DNA of 47,620 nucleotides from positions 7,716 through 55,335 of the forward strand of contig JAJZKW010000005.1 of assembly GCA_021803945.1 (NCBI GenBank), in the 5' to 3' direction. Shown in pieces: positions 23,990 through 32,541 of the stretch. Origin of the DNA: Candidatus Micrarchaeota archaeon. Its GTDB lineage: Archaea; Micrarchaeota; Micrarchaeia; Micrarchaeales; CABMGC01. Below the pieces are notes generated by a model, which was not told where the DNA came from, searched no databases, and saw nothing but the letters and a program-made list of their open reading frames with translations. Each line of letters starts with the position of its first letter. Position 1 is the first letter of the stretch. A program made the position numbers and the translations under genes.

Positions 23990-24062
23990 CAGAAACAGCG
24001 CAGTCTCCCTCCCTCCAAATTTCCGTTATCCCGCTTCTCCTTCGCACGCAGCAGGCTTGGCA

Positions 24063-25373
24063 TCACTGCCCAAGCCCCGGCAGGAACTTTGACATCTGCT
24101 TCTTCATGTCCCTGTTGTTCTTGAGCATGTCCGCCATCTTCTTCATCTTATTGAAGTCTGCTATGAGGCCGCGCACGTCCTTCTCAGATGTCCCGCTTCC
24201 CTTTGCTATCCTTTCTATCCTCTTCGGATCCCTGAGCAGCCTCTCATGCATCCTCTCATCCCTTGTCATGGACCCTATGATGTTCTCATACCTCTTCAGC
24301 TTGACCTCGCCCACTTCCAGAGCCTCTTTCGGGACGTCGACAAGCCCCATCATCCCGAGCACGTTCTTCATTGGTCCCATCTTTGACATGGCCTTCATCT
24401 GCTTGTAGAAGCTGTCGAAGTTCAGCTCCTCTGAGTTGATGTCCTCCTGCTTCATCCCGGAGGCCTTCACAGCCTCGTTGACGTGCGCAATCAGCGATTC
24501 AAGGTCAGGTATGCCCAGCAGCCGGCCCACGAACTTCTTGGAGTCGAAGACCTCGAGCGCGTTTAGCTTCTCCCCTGTCCCTGTGAAGGCGACCCTTATG
24601 GAAGCTGCAGAGACGGCGCTCAGCGCCCCTCCTCCCTTCCCCGATCCGTCCAGCTTGGTAACAATCACTCCGGTAAGCCTTATCGCCCTGTCGAACTCCC
24701 CGGCCTGCCTTCCTGCTACCTGCCCTATGTCGGCGTTTATGACAAGGAGCTTCTCATCAGGCTTGAACTGGCTGTTTATCAGCTTGAGCTCCTTTATCAG
24801 CTCGTCGTCCATCGCGTTCCTCCCGCTGGAGTCGCATATTATCACCTTCTTGCCCTTGAGCTCCGCAAGCCCTTCCCTGACTATCCTTCCGACATCCTTC
24901 TCGCCGTTTATCCCAAAGAATCCGGCGTTCGCCTGCTTCGCCAGGGTCTCGAGCTGCTCGTATGCCGCAGGCCTTGACACATCGCAGCATATCAGCCCCA
25001 CTCCCATCCCCCTGTCCTGGTAGAACTTGGCCAGTTTTGCAGCTGTGGTGGTCTTTCCGGCCCCGTAGATCCCGGCAAGGAGTATCCTCTTCGGCCTGAT
25101 GTCCGGCTCGTAGCTCTCTCCCATGAGCCTTGCCAGCTCCTCATAGACAAGGTTTGTTATGTAATCCCTCTGGCTGACTCCCTGCGGCATCTTGCTCCTT
25201 AGCGCAGCTTCCTCTATCCTCTTGGTCAGTGCAAAGACCAGCCCGACCTCGACGTCAGCAGATATCAGGGCTTTCTGGAGCTCCTTGCCGAACTCCTTTA
25301 TCGTCTTCGAGTCTATCACCGAGGCTCCGCTCAGCCTTGCGATGGCCTTCCTGAGACCCTCTCCCAAATCCAT
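24063..25373 (-). CDS. srp54: signal recognition particle protein SRP54
   Basis: GAGKTTT, DSSGR, TKLDGSGKGGG, Met-rich M domain with SMTRDER and RIAKGSG. Confidence 0.96.
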   Translation of the reverse strand: MDLGEGLRKAIARLSGASVIDSKTIKEFGKELQKALISADVEVGLVFALTKRIEEAALRSKMPQGVSQRDYITNLVYEELARLMGESYEPDIRPKRILLAGIYGAGKTTTAAKLAKFYQDRGMGVGLICCDVSRPAAYEQLETLAKQANAGFFGINGEKDVGRIVREGLAELKGKKVIICDSSGRNAMDDELIKELKLINSQFKPDEKLLVINADIGQVAGRQAGEFDRAIRLTGVIVTKLDGSGKGGGALSAVSAASIRVAFTGTGEKLNALEVFDSKKFVGRLLGIPDLESLIAHVNEAVKASGMKQEDINSEELNFDSFYKQMKAMSKMGPMKNVLGMMGLVDVPKEALEVGEVKLKRYENIIGSMTRDERMHERLLRDPKRIERIAKGSGTSEKDVRGLIADFNKMKKMADMLKNNRDMKKQMSKFLPGLGQ

Positions 25374-25501
25374 AAAAACACATATTTATTGAAAACAAAG
25401 TTCTTTAATCCTGACATGCCTCAGTCTAGTCTACTTTATTAGCGCATTCCGTCGTTTACCGCGTTGTCCAAGAAGCCAAAACCTGTTTTAAAACTCCAGA
25501 T

Positions 25502-25585
25502 ACCAAAATAACAGGGTTCTGCTTCAAATCTGCTAAACGCAATTAGGTTTAAATATGAGGCAAAGTGAATTCATACTGTGATAAA
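25502..25585 (+). promoter_or_regulatory. promoter cassette: ACCAAAATAACA motif plus TATA (TTTAAATA)
   Basis: Motif 46 nt upstream of TATA and TATA 38 nt upstream of ATG, the same spacing as upstream of gene 13953. Confidence 0.6.
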
Positions 25586-25849
25586 ATGGCATCGTTTAAG
25601 GGCACCGGAACGGGACCAGCGCCTCATGCTCCGAAAGATTCAGCGCCGCTTTTTGTGCAATCTTCCCTGGCAGGATTTTTCATTGAGAAGGCACAAATCC
25701 AAGAGGGGAAGGGACTTCCAGCATCAGACTTATGGGAAAAAGCAGCAAAATGGGCTTCAGACGGGGGAAACATATCACTTGCAGCAGAATGCGAACGCAA
25801 GGCAGAGATAGCCAAGCTCAAAGAGCAAATGAGGCCAAAGGAAGACTAG
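25586..25849 (+). CDS. hypothetical protein (orphan, helical C-terminus)
   Basis: ORF behind a clear TATA box, 3 nt upstream of the HAD gene; ATG at 25586 preferred. Confidence 0.6.
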   Translation: MASFKGTGTGPAPHAPKDSAPLFVQSSLAGFFIEKAQIQEGKGLPASDLWEKAAKWASDGGNISLAAECERKAEIAKLKEQMRPKED

Positions 25850-25852
25850 AAA

Positions 25853-26680
25853 GTGCAAGCCCTAAGCACATCAGGCAAGCAGGAAACAAGGACGATTAGA
25901 ATGGATGACATAAAAAGTGCCCTTCGGGACAGCAGCCCGCAGCTAAAACTTGTGCTATTCGATATAGATGGAACAATCCTCTCCTCCGGATCGTTCACCA
26001 AGTGCCTTGTCAAGGTCGTCGTGGATAAGTTAGGCAGCTCCGTAAACACCGCTCCGCTGTCAGACAGGGCAAAGACTGGCAGCACAATGAAATCCGTGCT
26101 TATAAGCATACTCAATGAAGAGGGTATACCAGAAGACAAACAGGAGGGGCTTGTCGAAGAGATGCTTTCATCCGCTACAATGGAATACAAATCCTGGCTG
26201 TCAAAGTTTCCTCTCAAACTATTGGATGGGGTGGCAGAACTCATCGAACTCCTGTCCAGCAGAGAAGACGTAATGCTTGGGATAGTCACCAACAACATAA
26301 AGGAAATGATGCTGCTAAAATTAGACAATGTGAAGCTGCTGGAAGTTTTTTCGCGCTACGGGCTTATGTTCCCTGGAGACAACATCCCCGGAGATAAAGC
26401 CAGTCTCCTCGAATTGGTGGTAGAATCTGCAGTAAAGAACTTCAGCCCGCGCCTTGACAGGAAGAACATCTTCTATATCGGGGACCAAGTCTCCGATATG
26501 CTTGGTGCCAAGGCTGCAGGCGCAGTTGCAGTTGGGATTGCTACAGGAAAATCCACTTTCGAGGAGCTGGAAGCTGCAGGCGCATCCGCCGTATTCCGCA
26601 GCTTCGCAGACAATGCAAGGGCGGCAATGGCTGTTATTGAAATGCCACGGGCCTATGCAGCGAAAAAGATGACAGTATAA
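25853..26680 (+). CDS. HAD-superfamily hydrolase (phosphoglycolate-phosphatase-like)
   Basis: LFDIDGTIL motif I, IVTN motif II, IGDQVSD motif IV, GIATG. Confidence 0.88.
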   Translation: MQALSTSGKQETRTIRMDDIKSALRDSSPQLKLVLFDIDGTILSSGSFTKCLVKVVVDKLGSSVNTAPLSDRAKTGSTMKSVLISILNEEGIPEDKQEGLVEEMLSSATMEYKSWLSKFPLKLLDGVAELIELLSSREDVMLGIVTNNIKEMMLLKLDNVKLLEVFSRYGLMFPGDNIPGDKASLLELVVESAVKNFSPRLDRKNIFYIGDQVSDMLGAKAAGAVAVGIATGKSTFEELEAAGASAVFRSFADNARAAMAVIEMPRAYAAKKMTV

Positions 26681-26783
26681 CCTTCATGGCAGGCTTCCGG
26701 ATAGCGCAAAAGCCACGTAGCAGCTGCATAGCTGGCAGCTACACTAAAGGTTAAAATGTTTTGGATATAAGAAGTATTGCTGA

Positions 26784-26897
26784 GGGCTCATAGCTCAGCC
26801 TGGTTAGAGCGCTGGTCTTATAATGGTCTTTTAGGCAATGTCAAGCCTAGAATGATAAGAGAGCCAGATGTCGTGAGTTCAAATCTCACTGGGCCCA
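26784..26897 (+). tRNA. tRNA-Ile(TAT) with a 39-nt intron at position 37/38 (intron 26823-26861)
   Basis: GGGCTCA/TGGGCCC acceptor stem, CTGGT/GCCAG anticodon stem, CT-TAT-A|A loop; CTTA pairs with intron TAAG (BHB central helix); intron stem TTTTAGGC/GCCTAGAA; 75-nt mature tRNA. Confidence 0.92.
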
Positions 26898-27010
26898 CCT
26901 CAGCACTAACGAGAGAAACAGTAAATCTGAAAACAGAAAAGCAGGCAAAAAGGGATAACCTGGTTGGGCTGAACGACTAAAGCGAAGCATAATCTCCAAA
27001 TAAGTAGCAG

Positions 27011-27268
27011 TTAAGCCAAGCTATTGAATTCCTCTACCGATAGGTCAGCTTCGCTCATTATAGTTCTCAGCATACCTCTCCCTATCGGTCTGTGTGCAGG
27101 AACCACTATCATATATTCTGGTTTCCTGTCTCCAAATAACACGGTATATTTCTCCCTCCTGTCAAGGTGCATTACAATATGGCTTCCTCTCTAGTGGTTT
27201 ACCACATAGCCTACTTTAGAAAGAGCTTTTACTACCTTGTCGTAATTAAGCGGTATTAGCCTAGACAC
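27011..27268 (-). pseudogene. hicA: HicA-family mRNA interferase toxin with an in-frame TAG at codon 26
   Basis: Hand translation MSRLIPLNYDKVVKALSKVGYVVNH*RGSHIVMH...IVVPAHRPIGRGMLRTIMSEADLSVEEF; GSH and VPxH motifs; GTG start overlaps the hicB stop. Confidence 0.88.
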
Positions 27269-27461
27269 TTATCTGCACCGATTCCACAGGAATAGGATCG
27301 CCGTGCTTCTTCAAGGATTCCATATATGCCCGAATGGCCTCCTTCATGTTCTTCATAAGCTCCTTCTTAGTCTTGCCTTCTGTAGCGCAGCCCGGAAGGT
27401 CAGGGACCTTGCCTACGTATACTCCATCTTCATCTCTTTCTATCAATACCCTAAACTGCAT
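27261..27461 (-). CDS. hicB: HicB-family antitoxin (short, no DNA-binding domain)
   Basis: MQFRVLIERDEDGVYVGKVPDLPGCATEGKT...EAIRAY...GDPIP. Confidence 0.92.
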   Translation of the reverse strand: MQFRVLIERDEDGVYVGKVPDLPGCATEGKTKKELMKNMKEAIRAYMESLKKHGDPIPVESVQISV

Positions 27462-27524
27462 AATCTCACTAATCGCTATAATTATATGACAGCTACACAT
27501 ATAAAATGTTTCACTTCTGATACT

Positions 27525-27556
27525 GATGCCGTGAGTTCAAATCTCACTGGGCCCAC
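27525..27556 (+). repeat. duplicated 3' end of tRNA-Ile (att-like repeat)
   Basis: 31 of 32 positions identical to 26867-26898. Confidence 0.9.
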
Positions 27557-27661
27557 ATTTCCGATACAAAACAAAGGCAAGCCTTGCCGCAAAAATTCCA
27601 GTCTCTAGCTATTGATTGCGGAACATGCATCATGTTTCCGCAACCAACGAAACCAAGGAGA

Positions 27662-27802
27662 TTACGTCCTCATTATTTTTTTCCCTGCAGGCCTGTTCTT
27701 GACTCTTCTAGGGTGCTTGTTCTTGTTGCCCTTCCCGTATTTCGCTGCGCGCTTTATAGCCGCTTCCATTCTTCCCCCTCTGCTCTTTTTTGCCATTTTC
27801 AT
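27662..27802 (-). CDS. small Lys/Arg-rich protein (46 aa), absent from the ORF track
   Basis: Hand translation MKMAKKSRGGRMEAAIKRAAKYGKGNKNKHPRRVKNRPAGKKIMRT; starts 9 nt after the upstream stop on the same strand. Confidence 0.5.
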   Translation of the reverse strand: MKMAKKSRGGRMEAAIKRAAKYGKGNKNKHPRRVKNRPAGKKIMRT

Positions 27803-27811
27803 CCCTAATCA

Positions 27812-28414
27812 TTACCTATACACTACAATACGCGCAGAGGACATGTTTGCGTAAGATACGCCCTCTCCAACCTGCAGCTGATATTTTGTCCATATTGAGC
27901 CCGTTATGTTCGAACCTACCGATACCGGACCGGAAGTTATTGGTATGTTGATGTACTTCGTGGCGTTTGAAAGCAGTCCGCCCGTAACGTTTACTGCCAT
28001 CGGAGGCGACCATGAAAGCTCAGGGACCCCATTCGAGTACGTCGTGCCTAACGGAACGAATCTTACTGTCACGCTAGTCCAATTGTATCCTGTATCCTGG
28101 CTCAATGCAACGGTAAGCGTTCCAGAAGTCAAGTTGAATGACGGATTAAGGCATCTGTAAGTTGTGGATAGCGGCGTGCAGCCAACGCTTACTACTATAG
28201 GGGCTGCTGGGGCTGTCTGGTTTGCATATGCAGCCACAGTAGTAACCGGAGATGTCGCAGCAGCGCCTCCGTTTACCCCAAGCAGGGGCAATACCTGGCC
28301 CTTATTGATTGCAAGCGACAGACCAACTACCAACGCTATCAATAGCACCACTATAATGCTAGAAAATACTAGCCTCGCAGACACCGTATAAAACTTTTCT
28401 CTTTTTTCTCCCAT
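27812..28414 (-). CDS. N-terminally anchored extracellular hypothetical protein
   Basis: Single TM helix, Ala/Thr linker, C-x7-C then a beta-rich domain with NxT sequons. Confidence 0.7.
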   Translation of the reverse strand: MGEKREKFYTVSARLVFSSIIVVLLIALVVGLSLAINKGQVLPLLGVNGGAAATSPVTTVAAYANQTAPAAPIVVSVGCTPLSTTYRCLNPSFNLTSGTLTVALSQDTGYNWTSVTVRFVPLGTTYSNGVPELSWSPPMAVNVTGGLLSNATKYINIPITSGPVSVGSNITGSIWTKYQLQVGEGVSYANMSSARIVVYR

Positions 28415-28432
28415 TTTTTCACCAATTAAATA

Positions 28433-28714
28433 TCATATCGAAATCCCTATCAGTTTCAAGACTATTATGATCGCGGCTGCAGGAAGCCCGAATATTGCCA
28501 ATGCTATCCACGTGACTAGGTCAAACGATATCCCCAGACCGAAGAGCAAATTTGCCACCCAGATCAGGACAAGTCCCAGTATGCTGTTTAGAATAAGCCC
28601 AAATATCACGCTGCCAAACTTGAATATCACATATAGTACAAGTATGATCGCCGCTATAACCACAATCTCAGAAAGGATTGCTCCAGCAGCTATACCAAAC
28701 AAAACATCCATCAT
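28433..28714 (-). CDS. BofA-like (pro-sigmaK processing inhibitor family) membrane protein
   Basis: NSILGLVLIWVANL...I.FDLVT...AIFGLPA pattern; three TM helices. Confidence 0.72.
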   Translation of the reverse strand: MMDVLFGIAAGAILSEIVVIAAIILVLYVIFKFGSVIFGLILNSILGLVLIWVANLLFGLGISFDLVTWIALAIFGLPAAAIIIVLKLIGISI

Positions 28715-28723
28715 ACAATCACA

Positions 28724-29017
28724 TCATTCCCTGCTGCCTGTCCTGTACGACCAGTTTACCCCAAGCAGGTTCAACAGTATCAGTATCGCAACCGCTAACA
28801 GCCCAAACACGGCAACAAATATCAGCACCAGGAGATCGTATTTTATCCCGAGCTCAAAGACCGCATTTACAATGAAGATTGCCACAAACCCTATCACAGT
28901 GTTTGCCAATAGGGCATAAGCCAGTCCGCCTCCCAGAGGCAGCACAAGTCCAAGTATCAGTGCAATCAGTACCAGAACCAGCAATAACCCTACCAAGTTC
29001 CCCGTTTTTGTTGTCAT
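28724..29017 (-). CDS. BofA-like membrane protein (tandem paralog)
   Basis: NTVIGFVAIFIVNAVFELGIKYDLL...AVFGLLA aligns with the neighbouring gene. Confidence 0.65.
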   Translation of the reverse strand: MTTKTGNLVGLLLVLVLIALILGLVLPLGGGLAYALLANTVIGFVAIFIVNAVFELGIKYDLLVLIFVAVFGLLAVAILILLNLLGVNWSYRTGSRE

Positions 29018-29033
29018 GCTACCAAATCCAATA

Positions 29034-29501
29034 TCATTTGCTATCCTTTGTCCTGTCGTTCCTGTGGCTTGATTTTATCCTGTTAGCTCCGCTTTGACTC
29101 TGTCTCCCCCTTTCCCTGAACATCCCCCTGTTCTGAGACTCAAATAACCCTATGGAATTCCCCTCAGGGTCTTTGCATAATGCAGTGCGTCCATGCCCAG
29201 GAGTGTTCCTGTCTCCGACAATAATCTGCCCTCCGGATCGTTCCACTTCTGCCATCGTCTCTGTCAAATCAGTTGTAGCTATGTAATTCACAGGGGTCTG
29301 GTTACGGCTGCCTTTTTTATACAATCCGCCTTCAACCCCAGGGCTATGCCTTGTCCCTGTGTTTATATTCCAATACTGCATATTCTGCGCAGCAGAATTC
29401 TTGAACTTCCAGCCAAACACCCCGGTGTAGAACTTCCTCAATCTTTCAGGGTTCTTAGCCGGTATCTCAAAATGCACAACCTCGCTTATTTCATTCTTCA
29501 T
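29034..29501 (-). CDS. VOC family (glyoxalase/bleomycin resistance) protein
   Basis: VVHFEI, FYTGVFGWKF, DPEGNSIGL; basic disordered C-terminal tail. Confidence 0.9.
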   Translation of the reverse strand: MKNEISEVVHFEIPAKNPERLRKFYTGVFGWKFKNSAAQNMQYWNINTGTRHSPGVEGGLYKKGSRNQTPVNYIATTDLTETMAEVERSGGQIIVGDRNTPGHGRTALCKDPEGNSIGLFESQNRGMFRERGRQSQSGANRIKSSHRNDRTKDSK

Positions 29502-29541
29502 ATTTACACCTAATTACTAACTCTATATTAGTTTACATTCA

Positions 29542-29581
29542 TATATAATACTTTGCTATTTTATATAATACTTTACTATTT
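29542..29581. repeat. tandem 20-bp repeat containing BRE/TATA for the VOC gene
   Basis: TATATAATACTTTGCTATTT followed by TATATAATACTTTACTATTT; a third copy lies at 34576-34595. Confidence 0.8.
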
Positions 29582-29682
29582 TTAAATAATTTATTTATTT
29601 AAAAAATACTTTATAAAATTTAAAATACCCGGGCAAATCCGCAGCACAACCGGGTTTGCAGACGAAGGTGCAAGCAACGCGC

Positions 29683-32535
29683 CTATCCGCATAGCTGCGA
29701 GGCCGTCATCCAGCCGCAACCGCTAACCCCCGAGCATACATTGCCTCCAAGGTCCTTGTTTGTGAGGCTTGTAGCGTTTCCATAACATCCAATGCCATTA
29801 AGAGACCCATATACCCTGTTGTCTTGCACATGCGCGAATTGCGAATTCACCATTACTATCCCTTCAGAAGCGTTGCTTATCGTGTTGTTTATGATATCTG
29901 CAGACAAGCTCCTGTTCATCACCAATCCAGTGCGCAACGCCGATATGGTGTTGTTTACCACATCTCCGTTGTTGAACCCGTACAGGTAGATGCCTGCAGA
30001 CGAATTCAATATCCTGTTGCCCCTCACAGTCGACATCTGCGCATTCACCATGTAGATCGAGCTATTAGATGAACTGGCAAAGGTATCGTTTATTATAGAT
30101 ATCTTAGATACAGGCACCTTAGAGACGACCACCACCGGATTCGTGAATCCTATCAGTATGCAGTTCTCCAATGTCACCCCGCTCGTGTTGTATGAGTACA
30201 GGAAAGTGCCTCCGTCCGTGGCAAATATCTTGTGTCCCTTGCAATTTATTGTAGTCCCGTCCGCGCTCTGGACTCTAGAGGAGCGTATGCTGAAGCAGGT
30301 AGCCCCATACGAGTATACCATGTCCTGCGCGAAGCTGATCGTATCAGGGCTTGTTGTAAGCTTGCATATGGCTTCGTTGTATACTGGGGAGACTTCTACA
30401 AGCCAATTGCAGCCTGCAGCAGTGACTCCATAGTTGATCCTTCCGTACTGTTCATACATTCCTGCCGAATCCGGAGCACACTGATATCCGAGGTTAGATA
30501 CAGAGTATATCGAATTGTTGTATATTGTGTTGTACCTTGAATTTGCGATGTAGAATCCATATTCCATAGAAGCGGCAGTGTTATTCAATATCTCATTATT
30601 GAATGACCCAGAGAGCACGAATGCGTACCCCAACGGGCCAAAATCCGCTTTGTTGTTGAGCAGTGCGCTGTCGTTTGTATTCACAATTGAATATGCCTGA
30701 TTGGAGAAATAAGTCACCAAATCGTTCGAAACTAGAGCATTCACGCTGCCGCTTACATTAACTCCATTGATCACAGACTTTATTGTCATAGACCTGATGG
30801 CAACTGACTTCGTGCCTTCCGCAACAACTCCGTCATGGAACCCGGATATGCGGCATCCCTTTACTGTCACATTCGTAACATTATCCATCTTGAACGCAGA
30901 TCCGACCCCCGTTATCGAGGCGATATTGCTGTTTCCAGTGCATTTTATAGACACATTGCTTGCATCCACCCTAAAGCACGATCCCCTTGCAACTACTCCG
31001 CCCGCCACGGCATAATGCCGGGATATCGTTATGTTGCCGCATTCAGTCAGTGGATATACGCTCAGCGCAATCGGCACCTTGATTGGACACGAACTGCCAG
31101 CCCAGTTGCAGTCGGTGTTCCCGCATTTAATGTCATTCGCGGATAGCGTCGCAGAGCCGTAGGTGCTTGCAGTGCAGTACAGGTCAACGTTCGAGTTTGC
31201 AGATGCAGTCCCATTATACAGGCGCACGTAGGTTGAATTGTCAAGAGTCACGCCATAGCTGTCGTTAGATGCCAGGAACCCGCTTATCGAATCATACTGC
31301 GTATTGTTAAAGTACACTCCATACTTATCCGATTGCGCACTTGAGTTTGCTAAGTTCCCATTGTCTGATCCCATGAGGTAGATTCCGTAGGCCCCTCCGC
31401 GCGCATTTATCGAGCTGAGCCCGAATTTTATCACATTCTGCAGGTAAATCCCATATGTATCGTTCTGCAGATCGCACCCTGATATCGTCACGTTGTAGAC
31501 TCCAGTCTCTGAAAGTATACCATACTTTGCATTCCTTATTGTGTGCCCATTGCACTGAAGCCGCACGTTAGATGCATTTATACTTAAGCAAGGAACTGCA
31601 GCGCTACCCAGAAGCGACGCATTCATGTATCCTGCAAAATTAAGGCCGGATTCCAGGCTGTACGACCCTCCCCTAGTTATGCTTCCGCACGAACTTATTC
31701 CCGGGCCGAGTATTATATCGGTTACAGGATATTGGATGTTGCTGCTGTAGCAGCGTGCGAAGTTGCAGAACCTGTTTTCATAGCATGATGAGTCGTTGAA
31801 CTTGTTGTTCGACGAGACGAAGCTCGCCCCAGCTCCGCATGCCATATCTGCATGGCTCTCCAGCAATACTGACTTAGAAATCCTGTTTCCCCGACTGCCT
31901 ATCAATGAAATGCCGTAATGCAAGTTATATTCAGCAGTGATAACCGACAAAGTGTTATTTCCTCCTCCGGTTATGTTTACGGCTCCGACATCATCCTTCA
32001 TACTGTCATTATAGAGCAGGTTCCGGCTTGAGCCGTAAAGGTAGATTCCTGCACCTATCATGCCGTCTGCCGAAACGTTTGATATTTTGTTGCTATCCGA
32101 TCCAATCAGATATATTCCATCTGAGAACTTGGATATGGCGACCTGACTTATGCTAACATTAGATTGTGATTCTATTGCAATCCCATACGATGCGGCACCT
32201 TGACCTCTAGACGATACATTTCCGGTTATTGAATGCCCGCCTCCAATCAGGGAAACGCCGCTTGCCTTCACATCTATGCACGCTCCGCTATTTGGCGTAT
32301 AGCTTAAGTTCGCATCCAAAGTATAGTTCCCAGGGCGCGATATAACAGTGCATGAGCGTATTTCGTATGCCTGTGCCTTAGCAGTACTATTGATTATTGC
32401 ACGCGGAGACGCGCTTATCCAGGCATAGTATAGCAGCCCGATAATCACCAACACAGCAGCAGCCGCAGCTACGTTCTTGGCGATATTGCCATGTGTTTTG
32501 TGCTGCGCATGCTGGTCCCTACCCATTTTTAGCAA
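29683..32535 (-). CDS. large N-anchored surface protein with four Cys-capped right-handed beta-helix (NosD/PbH1-like) modules
   Basis: Repeated SC-x-I...C-I-x-I-x-ASNV-x-L-x-C-x-G caps followed by GI-x-L/NxT beta-helix repeats; N-terminal TM helix. Confidence 0.85.
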   Translation of the reverse strand: MLKMGRDQHAQHKTHGNIAKNVAAAAAVLVIIGLLYYAWISASPRAIINSTAKAQAYEIRSCTVISRPGNYTLDANLSYTPNSGACIDVKASGVSLIGGGHSITGNVSSRGQGAASYGIAIESQSNVSISQVAISKFSDGIYLIGSDSNKISNVSADGMIGAGIYLYGSSRNLLYNDSMKDDVGAVNITGGGNNTLSVITAEYNLHYGISLIGSRGNRISKSVLLESHADMACGAGASFVSSNNKFNDSSCYENRFCNFARCYSSNIQYPVTDIILGPGISSCGSITRGGSYSLESGLNFAGYMNASLLGSAAVPCLSINASNVRLQCNGHTIRNAKYGILSETGVYNVTISGCDLQNDTYGIYLQNVIKFGLSSINARGGAYGIYLMGSDNGNLANSSAQSDKYGVYFNNTQYDSISGFLASNDSYGVTLDNSTYVRLYNGTASANSNVDLYCTASTYGSATLSANDIKCGNTDCNWAGSSCPIKVPIALSVYPLTECGNITISRHYAVAGGVVARGSCFRVDASNVSIKCTGNSNIASITGVGSAFKMDNVTNVTVKGCRISGFHDGVVAEGTKSVAIRSMTIKSVINGVNVSGSVNALVSNDLVTYFSNQAYSIVNTNDSALLNNKADFGPLGYAFVLSGSFNNEILNNTAASMEYGFYIANSRYNTIYNNSIYSVSNLGYQCAPDSAGMYEQYGRINYGVTAAGCNWLVEVSPVYNEAICKLTTSPDTISFAQDMVYSYGATCFSIRSSRVQSADGTTINCKGHKIFATDGGTFLYSYNTSGVTLENCILIGFTNPVVVVSKVPVSKISIINDTFASSSNSSIYMVNAQMSTVRGNRILNSSAGIYLYGFNNGDVVNNTISALRTGLVMNRSLSADIINNTISNASEGIVMVNSQFAHVQDNRVYGSLNGIGCYGNATSLTNKDLGGNVCSGVSGCGWMTASQLCG

Positions 32536-32541
32536 GCCTGG

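Larger units (their letters stand above)
26867..27556. mobile_element. tRNA-Ile-integrated mini-islet carrying hicBA, bounded by 32-bp att-like direct repeats
   Basis: GATGTCGTGAGTTCAAATCTCACTGGGCCCAC at 26867-26898 repeated with one mismatch at 27525-27556; no integrase between them. Confidence 0.8.

Noticed and set aside
26777-26980. 67-aa ORF
   Set aside because: Overlaps the tRNA-Ile gene; spurious
27191-27193. TAG recoding (pyrrolysine or alternative genetic code) in hicA
   Set aside because: TAG terminates cysS, purB, bud32 and eL41 at their expected ends; a nonsense mutation is simpler
29542-29581. Possible CRISPR array
   Set aside because: Only two abutting units with no spacers; no repeat-spacer array or cas genes seen in the window
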